From the NCBI GenBank assembly GCA_028534125.1, contig CM052818.1, positions 3,474,001 through 3,538,000 of the forward strand: DNA of 64,000 bases. The letters are read 5' to 3'. This DNA comes from Lama glama (lineage: Eukaryota). The notes beneath the pieces were generated by a model, which was given only the letters and a program-made list of their open reading frames with translations, had not been told where the DNA came from and made no database searches. A program made the position numbers and the translations under genes. Below, in pieces: positions 63,831-64,000 of this stretch; positions within the stretch are counted from its first letter, which is position 1, and the number at the start of each line of letters is the position of its first letter.

Positions 63831-64000
63831 TACAGTATATACTCTTTTTTTTTTCCTCTCTCTCTGGCTACTTTTACACAACGTGATGTTTTTGAGATTC
63901 ATCCATGTTGGTTGTATCAGTATGGAGGTCGTTCATACCTTCTTATTTCTGTGTGTTATTCCATTGTATAGCTATTCCACAACTTGTTTATCCATGAATC

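Overview
Mammalian genomic DNA, probably a camelid judging from a tRNA-Ala-derived SINE resembling camelid vic-1; it has one 500-N assembly gap. The centre holds the CpG-island promoter, non-coding exon 1 and first coding exon of AAK1 (+ strand, [13 protein letters not shown]...VLAEG). The right 36 kb is repeat-rich AAK1 intron 2, and I saw no further AAK1 exon. The left 26 kb is mostly L1/L2/MIR/MaLR/DNA-transposon debris, but its unique islands form a minus-strand chain of about 14 candidate exons with splice signals, mostly compatible reading phases and scattered stops. This looks like a decayed multi-exon protein-coding gene (unitary pseudogene of a family I cannot identify) lying head-to-head with AAK1 on a promoter carrying ZNF143-type motifs. 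That call is a manual inference and needs a homology search. Other oddities: an orphan retrocopy carrying (TTAGGG)4 in the AAK1 intron, a poly(A)-only insertion, a rearranged L1 and a short uORF in AAK1 exon 1. Repeat subfamily names are recalled from consensus sequences, not computed.
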